In this document: positions 37,481 through 51,650 of the stretch, in pieces
How positions within the stretch are numbered: the first letter of the stretch is position 1
Layout: each line of letters starts with the position of its first letter
Assembly: GCF_026930045.1 (NCBI RefSeq)
Contig: NC_072731.1
Location: 137,946,156 to 138,010,155, forward strand
Length of the DNA stretch: 64,000 nucleotides
Source: Uloborus diversus
Lineage: Eukaryota
Direction of reading: 5' to 3'
The notes under the pieces: model-generated
Told to the model about the DNA's origin: nothing
What the model saw: the letters and a program-made list of their open reading frames with translations, nothing else
Database searches by the model: none
Translations under genes and position numbers: made by a program

Positions 37481-38872
37481 CTTTAATTATAAAGAAATTC
37501 AAGTGGATAAAAATGTCATTTTTACTACTAAATTATTTTAGACGTATTTATACATCTAAAATTGATAACTGAAACATTGTACAAATAGCCTTACAACAAA
37601 CTTCAAGGGAGGAAAGTTTTTTTTTTTTTTTTGTAGTAACGGGAATTTTGTTGCAATGGAATTCAAGCAATAAAACAGCAATAAATTTGGGACTAAAAAT
37701 TCATTTTGACTAAACGGAAATTTTTTGTATTTGTTGTAACGGTATTTCACTGCATTTCCATATAAAAATCATTTGAAAATTCAGTAAAATTTCATACTCT
37801 TGTTTAAAAAACATAGCAATACACTTGGCTTTTGAAAAATAAATGGGAATTATAAAATTCATTAATTAGCTTAAAGTTAACACTAATTTTAAAATTCATA
37901 TTTAAGCTTAAATTTTAAGTTTAACTTTCAAAAGGTTTAAAATGTTTCACTATAACACCCATGAAAAAGAAAAAAAAACAGAGCAAACACTTAGCATAAC
38001 AAACTTAAGTGGTGGAAAGCAACTCCTTGCACATGTCACGACCAGTTTTATAGTTACAAACGTGATCAAAAAATGTAAATTTAAGTATCGCCACAGAATC
38101 TCTCATTTAGGATTTTCAAACCATTATTTAGTAAAAGAATTTTAAATATGGCTAGTAGAATTTTATTTCTTTAAGCATTCTTTTTGTACTTAAAAATAAC
38201 TAAATCTTAATTCCAAACTTTGTTATTGGCAAGGAGAACAAGAAATTTCTTCAGTCGCAAAATCAGTCCAATTCTGACTCCGTGAGCACTGGCAGAGTTA
38301 CAGACAATGAGGGAAAATGACTGACTACGACTTCATCTCTTGAAATTTTAAATCTTTGACTCCTGACTCCGATTTCTTTACCCCATAACCAGTCTGACTT
38401 CAACTCCACAGCTTGGTTTCAACCCATCTTCTGAAGATAAAGAAGTTCAAACACAATTGCTATCCCATCCTTAGCTCAAGAGGTTAAGCTTAGATTAAAA
38501 CAATACTCAGATATTTTAAAAGGATTATGGACAAACAACATAAGCATTTAAAGTAGCCAATTCCTGATAGCTTGAAGCCTTAAAACTCAAATATTCCTGT
38601 GTCTCAAACTTTTTGTTGGGTCCCAAACTCCAGAGCAGGCTGAGGGAACTTTCCTTAACTCAAACTACCAATATTTCGAAAATTTTCAAATGGTCCCTTG
38701 GGACTTCCAAGTTATTGGGAGTTGACTGTATAGTTGATTAACACTTTTTTTCAGTATTTTATATGCCTGAAATACTCAAGGCTTCAAAACCTAAATTAAG
38801 AAAAAGAATTGGTTCCACAAGACCTCACACCACAAATTTAAGAACTGCAAAAAATTTTTTTTCTAAAATTAC

Positions 38873-38993
38873 CAGGGCCTTCAAAAAGCCATTCATCTCC
38901 CGCTACATGTTTTACATCCCCATCTTCAAAATCTCGAACAGCTTTTAGTCTCAGAGCACTGTTTGAAGGAACAACAGTTAAGGGTGTGACATC
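38873..38993 (-). CDS. MVP: MVP coding exon 3
   Basis: Acceptor ttttcag, donor GTAATT. Reads [40 protein letters not shown](G). Human has [42 protein letters not shown]. Confidence 0.88.
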
Positions 38994-41169
38994 CTGAAAA
39001 GAAAAGGTGAACTAGATTTACAAAACTGTTAAAGTTTTAAAAGATTTATTATGGACTAGCAAAAATACCCGGCATTGCCTGGGTCTGTAATGATTATGAG
39101 AAACAACCGCCACTTTTATTCATTTTCTGCTTTAACAGAAATAACTCAAAACACATCGCTTTGACATGATTGAAAATCGAGCTTCCTCCCCACCCATAAA
39201 AGTAAAATGACAATAATATGAAAAACAAAATAGTATCCTTTTATAAACGAAAAAACGACACTTAAGCATCTACAAATTTGAAGAATTTCCAAAGTATGAA
39301 ATTAAACTTCATTTGTTTCAAAAGATTTATCAGTTTTTTTTTAACATAGTCTAAAACCTTCTCTATATTGCCATTGAAGTACAAACAGTTTTTCAAAAAT
39401 GTAGCCGCTCGTAATCTCTAACTGTGATTAAAAATGTTACCAAATTTGCGGTAATCATTTCGGGATACCTTGGATAAGACTCTCCCTCCCTACTTTGTAA
39501 AACTGTGTGTTACTAATTTGCATCGAAGAGATATTGTCGCTAAATACTGAGATACTTCTGATGACTATTAACTGATGCTACCAGAAATTTTTCCAAAATA
39601 ATTAGTAAAATTTGGCAATTGTTTGAAATTGTGTGCAAAGACAAATTAATGGACATTTTTGTGCTGTTTATGGATTTGATTAATTTAATTGGCGGATTAC
39701 ATTTTAACAAAAGTTTTAAAGATTCTTTTAAAGGCCACATTTTGGTTTACGTGGTGAAAACTAAGAAACAGTATTGTGTAGTCTTTAGCTTCAAAAACAG
39801 CGACAGTTGAAAAAATTGCCAAATGCCTTAACTATTGAAATCTTTCCGCAAAAAAAGTTTGGCGAAATTCCTGCTGGTCTTGAACAATTAGATGAAGAGC
39901 AAAAATATTCAACCATTATCAACAGAGCTGAGATGATACACTAAATACTAAATTGGGTAGGTGAAAGCCTTTATTTTACTTAGAAATTTCGAACAGGTGC
40001 CATCTTCAGCAGAAAAATCAGAGCTTTCAATGGACATATAATGTTCATGCGCTAGTATTTCTCCCCCTCTCAAATTAGGGAATTTATACGAAAATTGCCC
40101 CCTATGGGGGGTTTTGCCCCCCATTACGGGAAAAAAGTACCCTATGTGTTATTCTGATGCAATTGAGGTACCAGTAATGGTCTAAATCAGCGTTTGGAAA
40201 CTAGAAGAAAGGGGTCCAGATCCGGATTGCAGATTGTCAAAAACTAGACTGTCAAAAATGTTTTTAAAGCAACTGTATAAGAAAAATTTGTGTGTATGCA
40301 ACAATACCTTTATGCCTCACTTTTGTCACTTCTTCTAGTGTTTGAGGCAATTGCATGACTTTTTAAAGTTTTTAATGGTTAGCATAGAATATGATGGTTT
40401 TTCCTGGACCAGGATAAAAATTTTCAAAAGTATTCAGAAACCCAACTAAAATTACTTGCAGATCCCTGGTCTAAATATACCAGTAATGGGCTATTTAATG
40501 ATAATCAGTCAATTGGAAAAATAAATTTTAAAGAATTTTATCATGACATTATTCATTAACAAAAACCTCATAAGTATACCTTAATTTAAAGTAAAAACCT
40601 ACAAGTCTTAACTTCCACTAGGCTCCAGTAATGAGTATACTAAATTTCAGATGAACCAAATGGCCTACCTAATTGTGCAACTTAATATATATGGTTTATC
40701 ACAAAAAAAGCTAATTTTTCAAAGTATATTTTTTAAAAAACCATCAAAATCGTTATAAAGCAGTTCTTAAGGTTAACCACTTAGTTTCATTAGTAATAAG
40801 CCAAAAATCTGTCTAATGGGCTAAAAGGGTATTAATAATGGATCTGATGGTTGATTACTGCTTCTGATTATCAAATAAATTAAACCAAAAGCATGCAAAA
40901 AGTCACATCTAAGTACAAACTAAAGAGCAAACCAGCAAACTCAAAACAAGCTTGCATTCTAAAAAGAGGTCAACATTCTTAATAATGGAAAAATTGAGTA
41001 ACATAGGACATCAAGTCAGGAATTCAACTCTAAGGATTTTGAAGAAAATACTTCTTTTTCAAGAAGTACAATTTAAAAGAAAATGTATCTGTTCCATAAA
41101 AACAAATATTTAAAGCATTATAGCCATACTTCTGATCAATATTGGAGAAAAATCAATATCTTTACTTAA

Positions 41170-44100
41170 GGGGACCGTGGACCTTCCAAATAGCTCAAAT
41201 CGGTCAAAAATATGATTTTTTTATTCCGTGGAAGTAACAATATATGAAGTGTGCTGAATCGTATGAAAAAACCTCTTGTTGATCTGACGTTTTATCGCGA
41301 AGTTATATGCGTTTAAAAAAAAGTAAACAAAGCGTATTTTCCATTAAAATGACTGTAAAACATGTAAACAAAGTCGAAAAACTAAGTAAAACTAAGTGTC
41401 AAAAATGTAAACTTAGTTTTAATAAATTCTATCATTGGTATTAATGTCAAATATTTAGTCATCGTGAAAATATCTTTCGGGAGGTATTAAAATACGAAGA
41501 ACATGAAATGTAGTTGAAATTAGACTTTAACGTCATTTATCTCGGACTGGAAAATTCGATGCGACACAGATTGGAAAAAGCTCCATGCGACTTAATATTT
41601 GTTCGATATGCTTCAAATTTCAGAATATGATACTTTGGTAGTAGTTTGATAAAACTGGGTATGCATTAAGGTTTAAGAGAATTTTATGTTGCTTAAAAAT
41701 ATTAAAGTTTTGATTTTTATGTAATATTCGCAACAAAAACTATTGCTTTACGCGAAAAAAAATACTGTGCAGTTAATAATGGACCAATCCTTAACTGTTT
41801 AACCGCCGAACTACTGTTGGAAGATCAAATTTGAGTAATTTTTTGAAATTATGTCTATTTATGTCTAGTAAATACAGAAATAAAATAAAACTTCCAGAAA
41901 ATTTTTTTTTACTATGTTTTTCAGTGTGTTCCATTTTTGAAACATTGGCGCTTTGCATGAAGTTTTTTTTTTTCAGAGAATTTTTTTAAACTAAGAGGTT
42001 TTGAATGCAGTTTTTATCTTAGCATACTTTATTACGGAAAAAATAATATTTTATATTGCATTTATGTACATACCAGAATTCAGAAAATCCAATACAGAAA
42101 TATCTAATGCCCATGATATGAAAAGAAGCATTGCTGGTGAAGTCATTTGTCGCAATGGAAACATTTCTTAGTCGTATTTTTTTTGCACACCGCACAACGT
42201 CCCTGGGATGCAGATACAATGAAATGTCCGTCAGACATTCTTGATTTTTTATGTAAATGACAACGAGGCCCTGGATGACTTTCCACTCGTACTTTTCTTC
42301 TTAGAAGGTGAGTTGTTATTTCTCTTCGGAACTCTAAATGCTTCATCTTGACTTCGTGTAACTCACAATGAAGTAACCAACTAGCTACAACTGAAATATT
42401 CAGAGCATTACTAAAAAGATTCCACTACCATTTTTTACTCCTCAAATGAGGTCTGTAGCTCCCTAAAAGTTTATCCAAGACGTCCACGCCCCCCATTCCT
42501 TCATTGTATCTCTTGATAAGATGAGGTTGTGGCACATCTATCTTGCATTTCTGCGCATATGAGTAACATTTTACAGATGCAAGTGGCTCATGTGTATAAC
42601 AATTAGATGCTACTGTAACCACTGCATTATCATTCCAGCCGCACATGTACATTGATCCATCAGATCGATAGTCAAAATTTCCTCGATCTTCTTTAGAAAG
42701 GGCTTTTTTGGATTTCAGTGGACAATGAGCAGTTCGGTTTTCACGAATTGTTCCTGTTGCTCATACACCTTTTTTTGATAGCTGAGAAATTAAGTCATAT
42801 GATGTAAAAAAAGTTATCAAAGTATACTTCATGCTTAGACGTGTCAGTCAAAACTGATAATAGATCATTTACAAATCTGGATCCTAACTGCACACCAGGG
42901 GATCCTTCTTTTTTGCTTGAATAAATCTCCATGGAATATGGGTATCCACTTGAAGGGCACAGCATCCAAATTTTGAAACCGAATCTTATTGGTTTTCCTC
43001 TAATAAACATTTTACATGAATGCTGACCGTAGTAGGGATCCCTAGATTCTATGCTCAATTTTTCATGAAATACACCAAATTGTTGAAGGTTTTTACACAA
43101 TTCTTCGTAAATAGGGTATACTTTTCCAAGTTTGTCATTTTGTTTTAATTCATGATTGTCCATCAAATGAAAGTTGTTTTTTATTTTTCAAAAAAGATTT
43201 CGAGGTATAACTGTTGGTACAATTGGCACAGATGTATCTTCTGCATTGCTCCAATACATATCTTCAGAAGGAACAGAATGGTATCCACTCAATAGCAGCA
43301 AACCAAAAAATTGTAGGATTTCATTTCTGTCAACATCTATTGATTCTCCTTTTTGCAATGCATACAAGTTTGTCACATTTGCTAAGTGTTCAACATACTG
43401 CAAAGGTAAAATTTTAAAAAATAAATCAATTGGAGATAAATCCACTATATTCGGAAATGCGTGTTTAAGCGATTCAATACTTTTTGACGAAATCAGTTTC
43501 TGAAAGTTAGCTTTCTTCTCCCAAGTTAAATCCATTTTCATTCTTTTTCTACTTTTATTTCCTGATAATTCCAACTTTTTCTTTTTTTCCGTTTTCATTC
43601 GCTTTTTTACTTTTATTATCTAATGATTTCAGACTTTGTTCTTCCTCCGATTTTTTTGTTAATTTTCACGAGAGTTGGCGGAAAAAATGTCCACCTGTCC
43701 ACATACATCAATTGGTGTAATATGTTGTAACTCGTCTTCTAGAATGTCTTCTTCCTCAGTGATATTGCCTGGTTCATCACGGGGTAATTGGCATATATCT
43801 ACATCTGACAAATTCGAATCTGACAATGTCTCTAAATAAGCCACAGCTTGTTCTACAGTAAGAAATCTTGTAGACATTTTTTAACATTTATGAACAGTTG
43901 GTATACGTCAAACAGAATTTCGTTTCACTCGAAAACAAAGCTAGCGAAATATTGAACTGCATTTAAAATATGAAGAATAAAACGCTCACTAATATTGTTT
44001 TTTATTATCATGTGACAATGCAGCTGTCTGAGCAGGTGTGGATTAGGAGCCATATAGTTCGTTAAACAGTAGACTATTATTTTCTTTGCTAACGAAACAT

Positions 44101-44897
44101 CATATCCTTTCAAAATATAAACTTACTTAGTTTTGCCAACATCTACATCAGAGTACATTCAAAATGAGAAGAAAAAAGAAACATATATTACGAAAAATGA
44201 AATTTCCCCTTTAAAGTCGAATAATTTACTTCTTGGAAATTTGACTCCCTAAAAGCGCCAATGTTCCAAAATTGGAACATGTTATTTTGAAGGGGTACAC
44301 CTTTTGGAAATATCATTGTACATTTCTACAAGCCTTTTAAAATCATACGTTGAAGTATTTTTCACAACTATAATAAATATCATCACATTTTCTGAAAAAG
44401 CCAATTTTTGGTAAGTTTTATAAGAAAAAGTTGGAAAAAGCTAAAAAAACACTCATCTTTGAAAAATCGCAATAAATAATTAAAAATATATAAACAATCA
44501 AGTAGGAAATCAAAAAATACTTTGAAATAAGACTAAACTGTGTTAAAAAAAAACTTGTTTATTTTAACGTTATTTCTTGGGAAAATTTTCAGTTAAATAT
44601 GATGTTCCATTTTTGGAACATTGGCGGGTAAACGGTGGATACCCAAAGCTCTTGGCAATGTTCTGTTCTTTTATAAAATGCAAATTTTTTGAGAAAACAG
44701 CAAAAATTGAGTCGCATGGAGCATTTTAAAATTTTTATTTTAAATTTCAAAATTTTTGATTTTAATTAAATTTTTATATTGTTGCATTTTTTTTTGCTTG
44801 ATATTTTGCATGCTAATAAACTCACTAACTTTTATGCCCAGTTTCATATTTCAAAATTAATAAACAAAAGAAAAAGCTTTCAAGGTCCACGATCCCC
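41170..44897 (-). mobile_element. piggyBac-like DNA transposon, complete ends, decayed transposase
   Basis: Left end reads TTAA|GGGGACCGTGGACCTT (TTAA at 41166-41169). Right end reads AAGGTCCACGATCCCC|TTAA (TTAA at 44898-44901). The inverted repeats match at about 15 of 16 positions. Subterminal repeats GTTCCATTTTTGGAACATTGGCG occur at about 41925, 44255 (inverted) and 44605. Confidence 0.7.
42143..43877 (-). pseudogene. piggyBac-type transposase broken into at least 5 frame segments
   Basis: ORF fragments carry piggyBac hallmarks: ...ILQFFGLLLLSGY..., ...YYGQHSCKMFIRGKPIRFGFKIWMLC..., ...YNEGMGGVDVLDKL... and a C-terminal Cys-rich tail RCAVCKKNTTKKCFHCDK. Adjacent fragments are in different frames. 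Confidence 0.75.
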
Positions 44898-45387
44898 TTA
44901 AAAAAAAAAATAATAATTGAAAAATTATTGCTGTTTCAACTTCCTCAGAACTCAATAGTGTGTACTCGTTGTGCACAAATTAGCAAAAAAAAAAAAGCAT
45001 AGTTCAAAAAAACTATGGGATTATAAGAAACCCCTTTTTAGTGCAAACAGATATGAGCTTATGATAATAAGTATGTATAGCGGTTCATTTATTAGGAGAA
45101 ATTCATTAGAAGTTTCAGGTTTTACTTTCTCAATGGATACATTGAATGGATCGAATATGAACATAACAGAACATGAACATAGGGAGTGATCCTCAATTCG
45201 TATATGATTTTAAAAAATAAAGAGCTTAATATAACAATGTTCAAAAAAATTTGTAAAAAAAAAATTCATTAAAATAAAGCATATCAATTTCGAAAATTAA
45301 AAACAGCAATATCTAATTGTTAGAAAAAATGGACGAACATCCAAAACAATAATGAAATTACTTTTTTTAAGCAAACTACATACTTAC

Positions 45388-45583
45388 AGAGTGTATAATT
45401 TCACCAGGATACAATGGAAATGGATCTTGCTCTAACCTTACTTCAAAATCAGCATGCTTTAGTTTAATCTGACCTGTTTTATCAATTATCAAAGCATTTT
45501 CTTCACTTCGCATAACAGGATTGCGTATTACACAAAAGTGGCATGGTGGAATTATGATCATTTTTTGAGGTCCAAGGATTACA
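45388..45583 (-). CDS. MVP: MVP coding exon 2
   Basis: Acceptor cctttag, donor GTAAGT. Reads (H)[65 protein letters not shown]. Human has [24 protein letters not shown]...[25 protein letters not shown]. The phase joins the CA carried from exon 1. Confidence 0.88.
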
Positions 45584-46154
45584 CTAAAGGAGATGAAAGA
45601 TTTTGATGAATGTTTAAAGTGATAAAAAATGAGTTACGTAATTGCTGAAAAATTAATAGTTTCTATAGGAACAAATAAAAATAAATTAATAATTAATAAA
45701 AAAGGAAAGATGTCAAGATTTTGCTACACAACATTGCAGCCAGGTATGCTCCGGTAGGAAGTATCTGTGACCTCTCCATGTTTGGCAACTTTGGAGACAG
45801 TACTGCAATAGTACCTTTTTTTTTTCTTTCAAACTATGCCTAATATCTCATTAGATGTAGGAGGTATGTGCATTCTCAGTGGTTGAAAGTATCAAAGTAG
45901 CATGCTACAAGCAGAAAAACTATGGTAGTTCAGAAACTGAAACTTTCATTATGATGATGTCCAAAATCTGTTACCTACAGACCAATCATTAAATTTGCTA
46001 TTTATTAATTTTTATAAATACCTGCTGTCTTTTTATGTTTGTGCATGATGTTCTAGGTGTACATACAATGCAATAAAAGCAAAATTGATGTCAAATATCA
46101 AAATTTTAAAAATGTCTCAGAGTTAACTTTTTTGTTCCCACCTTTTGAGAACTA

Positions 46155-46902
46155 CCCAGTGATCTCTTGCTTATACGCGATCTCTGTTATACGCTTTTTT
46201 CACGTATGCGCGTTTTCCTCAGGGGTCCGGCCTGCGATATAGGAAAACAATGTTAACTCCTGTTCATTTATATGCAAAACCTAAAATGCACCTTTCACTT
46301 ATGCATAATCAATTTTTTCAAGTTTTATTGAAATCGTGTATTTACGCTTTGCTTATAGGAAGATTCGTACCTTTCTTGCTCTGTCTCTTGGAATGCATTC
46401 ACACGCCTGTATTCCATTGTTCGAATTCTTCCAAGAACGCGTTCTTATTTGCACAAGTGGGCAATTGGGGGTGTAATTAGTCATGTGATTGAAATCGAGA
46501 GGGGAGAACAGGTTACATACAAAAAGGTTGACGTCACTGAAAGTTGTGGTCAAGCGGCAAGGATTGAGGGTGCCTATCCAGGATCTTTTGCAGCCTTGTA
46601 GACTATAGCTTCGGTCACGTGACATTTTTTAACTTTTGGGGCGCTTACGTACTGTACAGTGCATAAAAATGACAAAACCTACAGCTTCAAATTTTACATT
46701 TTTATTAAAATACAATGCATAAACGGAAATTATGTGCATATTTATTCATTAGTATTAGTAGGGTATTATTAGTATTACTATAACTGGTGTTTACTTATTG
46801 CATTTAAGCTTATTTTTGGGTTTTTCACTTATGCGCGAATCTCACTTGTGAGCGAAAATTTCGTTGTCCTCTTTGGTTGCGTATAAGTAAGAGATCACTG
46901 CA
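46155..46902. mobile_element. Tc1/mariner-like MITE (748 bp)
   Basis: Inverted repeats CCCAGTGATCTCTTGCTTATACGCGATC at 46155 and GTTGCGTATAAGTAAGAGATCACTGCA at 46876-46902. TA dinucleotides flank both ends at 46153-46154 and 46903-46904. Confidence 0.5.
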
Positions 46903-48711
46903 TACAAAAAATACATGTATTTTAAAAAATAATTAAAAGAAATTAATGACCTGTTAATAGGAAAAAAACCTTCCTTAAAAGAGAACTTTTATTCATTCTG
47001 TCAGAAGTGAATTTACCATGTAAAAATTATGAGGGACACTGAAGGGGATTCATAAATGCACATGATAAATGATTTACATAGTTCTGTGATCGGCAAAGAG
47101 GCCCCCAAAAATGCATTCCTACGAGACTCAAACTTGTAAATCAGCTACTGTATTCCGCTATCGAATCTTCAGAAGACCTCCAAATTATTTTGGGCCTAGG
47201 GCCTCAATTTTAGTTAGTCGAACTCTGCTTTTCTGGGGCTATTTGATTATGCAATCTCGGAGTGACACAAAATGGTCTTTAAGAGTTAAAATCATAAATA
47301 ACCTTCTTTAAATTTTAGAGTAGTGATTTGACGCCTGGAAGAATTATGGGGAAATGACTCTTTCAATGGTGAAAAGACTGATGCCCTTTAACATGCAGGG
47401 TAGGATATCAATCCATATGATGATGTCAAGTCATAACATTGAATTAATATTTTATATAAAATAAGATTCAGTTTTGAATGAAATTAACACACGATTTGAT
47501 AATAAAAAATTTTGCTTGGGAGATTTTGAAGAGTGGAACGTGATAGGTTTTCTTACGTAAATTAATTACTTCAATTATTTTTTAACTAAATTCCAAACAG
47601 ATTGGCTAGTAGAGAAAGATCATTATCGTATCTTAGGAGATTAGAGAATTATTTTTGAAGCACAATGGGCCAAAAAAAAAAAAAAAAAACGCTTTCACCT
47701 TTAGCTGTACTAGCAAAAAAGCATGACACTGAGCATTGATGGATTAGTGATGAGCTTTTGTGTTCTTCCAAATTCCAAAAATCATACATTAATAAATACC
47801 AAAAGGTAAAATCTGTAGTATCAAGATATTTTAGAATGTGATAACTTATATTGAAATAAAAAAAAAAACTTTAATCACAAAAGTAAAAATTGTTCTTAAA
47901 CCCTAATTTTCATTAATATTAAGCTACTTTTATGATCCCTTCCCACTAGCCAATATGTGTTTTGCTCCACACTGAGGTAACTCATTTTTAAGAAACTCGA
48001 CCCAAAATGAAATGTTAAAATGCCGCCTCTGGATACTGATGAAAATAATTTTACCCCCCCCCCCCCCCCCCAGCTGCTGAAGATAGCAGTCTTGGCATGA
48101 ACAGGTGAATAATATAAAACGCAAATTGAGCAAAACAAATTGCACAACCATCTAGACATCAAAGGCGGCTAGTAGCTGTGTTTATGTGTAGCCCGCTTCC
48201 GGGGAAAACAATAAGGCCTAGATTTTCACTCTTATAAAGATAGATAGGTAAATATAGATAGATAGAAAAATGTAGGCTTATAGAAGCAGAAAATATGGTC
48301 TTGAAATTAATAGAAGATTTAGATTTAAAAAAACTGTAGAAGGATAAATATAGACGTATATGGATATGTTGCGAGGTCGATTGGCCGCGAACATAAGAAC
48401 ATATAAGGAATACTTGGATATAAAATAAAAATCTTTTATTTACAATTTAAAAACATAGATGTCCTACATCCTGCAACCAGCAGGCATGCAAGTAGGAGAC
48501 AGAATCTAGCAAATAAGCGACTCGCTTATAAATAAATGTTTTTGCTGTTACCACTCACTCGGTGGCTAAACTTTTCAGGATAAAGTAAAATTACATGCAA
48601 ATTCGACTGAATATGCAAAAATAATAAGTCCTCCACAGATACAAATACAAAAGTGACGACCAGCAACAGGCTCTGTGCCCAGCTAGGCTGGTCCTAGTCA
48701 ATTTACAATCC

Positions 48712-49111
48712 TCAGTGAAGATCAATGGCCCTCTTAAAACTATCTACTCCCTTACTCATTACCACCTCTTCCGGTAAGCTGTTCCAAGGTTCCGCTACCC
48801 TGCTAAAATAATCATTTTTCCTAATATCCATGTTAGCCTGAGATTTAAATAGCTTAAAACAATGATCCCTTGTCCTGTTTTCAGTGCTAAACTTCAGCCC
48901 CGTAACATCTTTCATTTTAATAAATTTAAACAACTGAATCATGTCCCCTCGGTCTCTTCTTTACTCAAGACTATACATTTTTAGCCTTCTAAGCCTGGAA
49001 TTATAGTCTAAATGAGAAAGTCCATTTATTAGCCTTGTAGCCTGCCTTTGAACCTTTTCCAATACACTAATATCTTTCTTAAGATAAAGAGACCAAAACT
49101 GAACAGCATAC
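48712..49111 (-). pseudogene. CR1/L2-like LINE reverse transcriptase C-terminal part and 3' region (same element, interrupted by a nested insertion)
   Basis: Reads VQFWSPYLKKDISVLEKVQRQATRLINGLSHLDYNSRLRRLKMYSLE*RRDRGDMIQLFKFIKMKDVTGL...FFSRVAEPWNSLPEEVVMSKGVDSFKRAIDLH, the conserved CR1-type C-terminal tail. The 3' UTR extends further down to roughly 48230. Confidence 0.8.
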
Positions 49112-49157
49112 CAGGGGCGTAGCTAGACCCGACTTTCGGGGGGGGGGGTTCTTCTTT

Positions 49158-49220
<63 letters not shown>

Positions 49221-51642
49221 ATATATATACATTTTTTTAGTATTAAAGAAATGAGAGGGAGGTGTATCTTACATACTTTGGAAAGGGGTGACCCTATTCC
49301 GATACTTGTGTCAAACAAAACAAAAGCAAGGAATTTTTTATTTTTTTTAATGTTGTGGAAAATTCAACTTTTTTTCCTTTTTCCTTTAATTTAAAGTGAA
49401 ATTTTCTAGCATTCTCTTGTCAAAACCAGTCTTTCCAAATCAAGGGGAAGTCAAATATCTGATGAGCGTGTTCCGTTCACTTCAGTGTGACTGCTTAATT
49501 TAGAGGCTAACACACATCTACAAAAGCTGGCATCCCTGAAAGCTAATAGATACTTCCATTTCTGCCTGTAAATTGGATGTTTGACTTTCAATCTCATCGG
49601 TGGTCAGACTATAAAGACTATTTTTACTAACTTGGTTTGCACTAAAAGTATGAAATAAAATAAAAAAAGACTTCTTGAATTATAACCCACAAAAAATAAA
49701 ATTGCTTTTCATATCGTTATATTTATATGTTGCTTTTTATGTATTTACATTTATGCTAAATCTAAAGCAGTTAATAAAATTTGAGTAAAAAAAGTTAGGG
49801 AAGAAATATAGGCGGTAGAAAGTTATTCGCTCAAATGCATACCATCTGTTCTCCTCTCAAGTCTTTATTTTTAATTTTATTAGCCGCTTTAGAATTTACA
49901 TAAATATCTATTTGAGAGTGCAACAGCAATTTTCGGGTATTATAAACAGAAGTCTTTTTTTTTTTCTACTTTTTAATCCGAACCAAGCTAATAGAAATAA
50001 TCTAGATTCATCTCGTTTTTAAACATTTTATTCATGTAATGCTATGCAGTTTTTCATTGAATTAAAATAAAATTACCTTCAGAAGGGTTCGATGGGACTG
50101 ATGTTGCTTTGCAGACTGTACTTCGTTTTCTTCAGACGACGTTAACTTTCTCTTTATAGAGCAATCCTTTTCGTCATTTTAATTTTTTTTTTTTTTTTTT
50201 TGGTTGAAAAAAGCTTGTTATCGGTCTTGCTCGCTTCATTATGCAACAACTTTCACTTAGAATGTACTATTTTAAACAGACTGTACGTTTCCAAAAGAAT
50301 ATGCAGTAAATACTGGATGAAAAATCAATGTGATTGCAAAGGATACTCTGGTTAGCAAAGGTCGTTTTGACTATGACCTATGACACACACGAAATCAGAC
50401 CAACAAAAACCTCTATCGTCTCGAATTCCGGTTAAGCTATCATTTTCGGATTCAAAGCAAAATGATCTTTAAAGCAGCAAACAAAAACATTTTCTTCAAC
50501 TCAGAAACAGAGGAAATGTCTTCAAGAGCTGAGGAGGCAGTGGAAAAAAGGGAGAAATGCGTTCCACGAATAGGCTTTCCAGGAAGATTAACCAAAGGAC
50601 AGTCGTTTCGCGCACTTTCTTGGAAGAAAAGTAAAGGGGTGAAATTCACAGGTTTGAAATGTTAAGATGAACATTTCAATTTCATGTTTAAAGATCATTC
50701 AAGTTAAAAACCATTTCGCTCTGTTATCCGGATTAGTACTGTTCTTTGGTAGCTCTCTTTCTTAAAATTGAGATTCCTTAGAAAACCGAAATGATAGGAG
50801 TGAAAAGAAAGTATAAGTTTTTTTCAAGTGATGAAAAAAGGAAAATTGTAGAATACTGACCAAGTTAGATTTGCTGCAATTGCTAACCTCAAGAGCATAA
50901 ATAATGAATCCAAAAAAAAAAAAAAAAAAAAAAAATCAGGGACCAAAAAGCAATAAAAGACTTCTTCTTGAAAAAGATATGCTTAAAGTTTCTTTTACTG
51001 TCAAAATGATTCCTTAAACTCTCAATAAAGCACTAAATAATGTAATAATAGAATAAATACCTAACAAAACTAATAAAGAGGAATTTTAATCAAGAGCCCA
51101 CGTTGTCTTTAGTATCGATTTCAAATTTTCACCATCATATTTCAAATTTCTATAAAAAGTCTCTTAAAGCCCCCGTATTTCAAAACGTCTTTATCTCGAT
51201 TTTTTTCTTTAATGTGAAATTCGAAATATACAGATACGACTGTATGCAATATTCCCACTGTGCGGCTCATAAAATTAAACATATTTAACAATTTGCAGAA
51301 TCAATGACAAACAAAGGCTGCATATACGTGGATTTAACAAATCAATCTCATTTCTAAAGCGAAGTGTCAACTTTCACTCAATTATCAAAAAATTGTCGCA
51401 GCAGAGGAAGGCGTCTTTATGCTTGAGGGTCACACATGGAGCAGATTTTCAATGGCATTGGGGGGGGGGGGGAGCGAAATGAATTTTTGACCTTTGTTAC
51501 TCAGTAAAAAGTCGTTTTGAATTTTTTTCTTTTTCTTCTTTTTTTTCTTTCTCTTCCCTCTTTTTCTCTTTTTTTTTTTTTTTTGACTAACGTTTCGGGG
51601 GGGGGGGTTGTCCCCAAAACCCCCCCCTTAGCTACGCCCCTG
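49112..51642. mobile_element. hAT-like non-autonomous element (2531 bp) nested in the LINE
   Basis: Inverted repeats CAGGGGCGTAGCTAG at 49112 and CTTAGCTACGCCCCTG at 51627-51642. A perfect 8-bp target-site duplication CAGCATAC flanks it at 49104-49111 and 51643-51650. Removing the element rejoins the reverse transcriptase frame as HLEYA|VQFWSPY. Inside are a (TA)n tract, G-runs and no transposase. Confidence 0.75.
49161..49230. repeat. (TA)n microsatellite (inside the nested hAT-like element)
   Basis: About 35 TA units, seen directly. Confidence 0.95.
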
Positions 51643-51650
51643 CAGCATAC

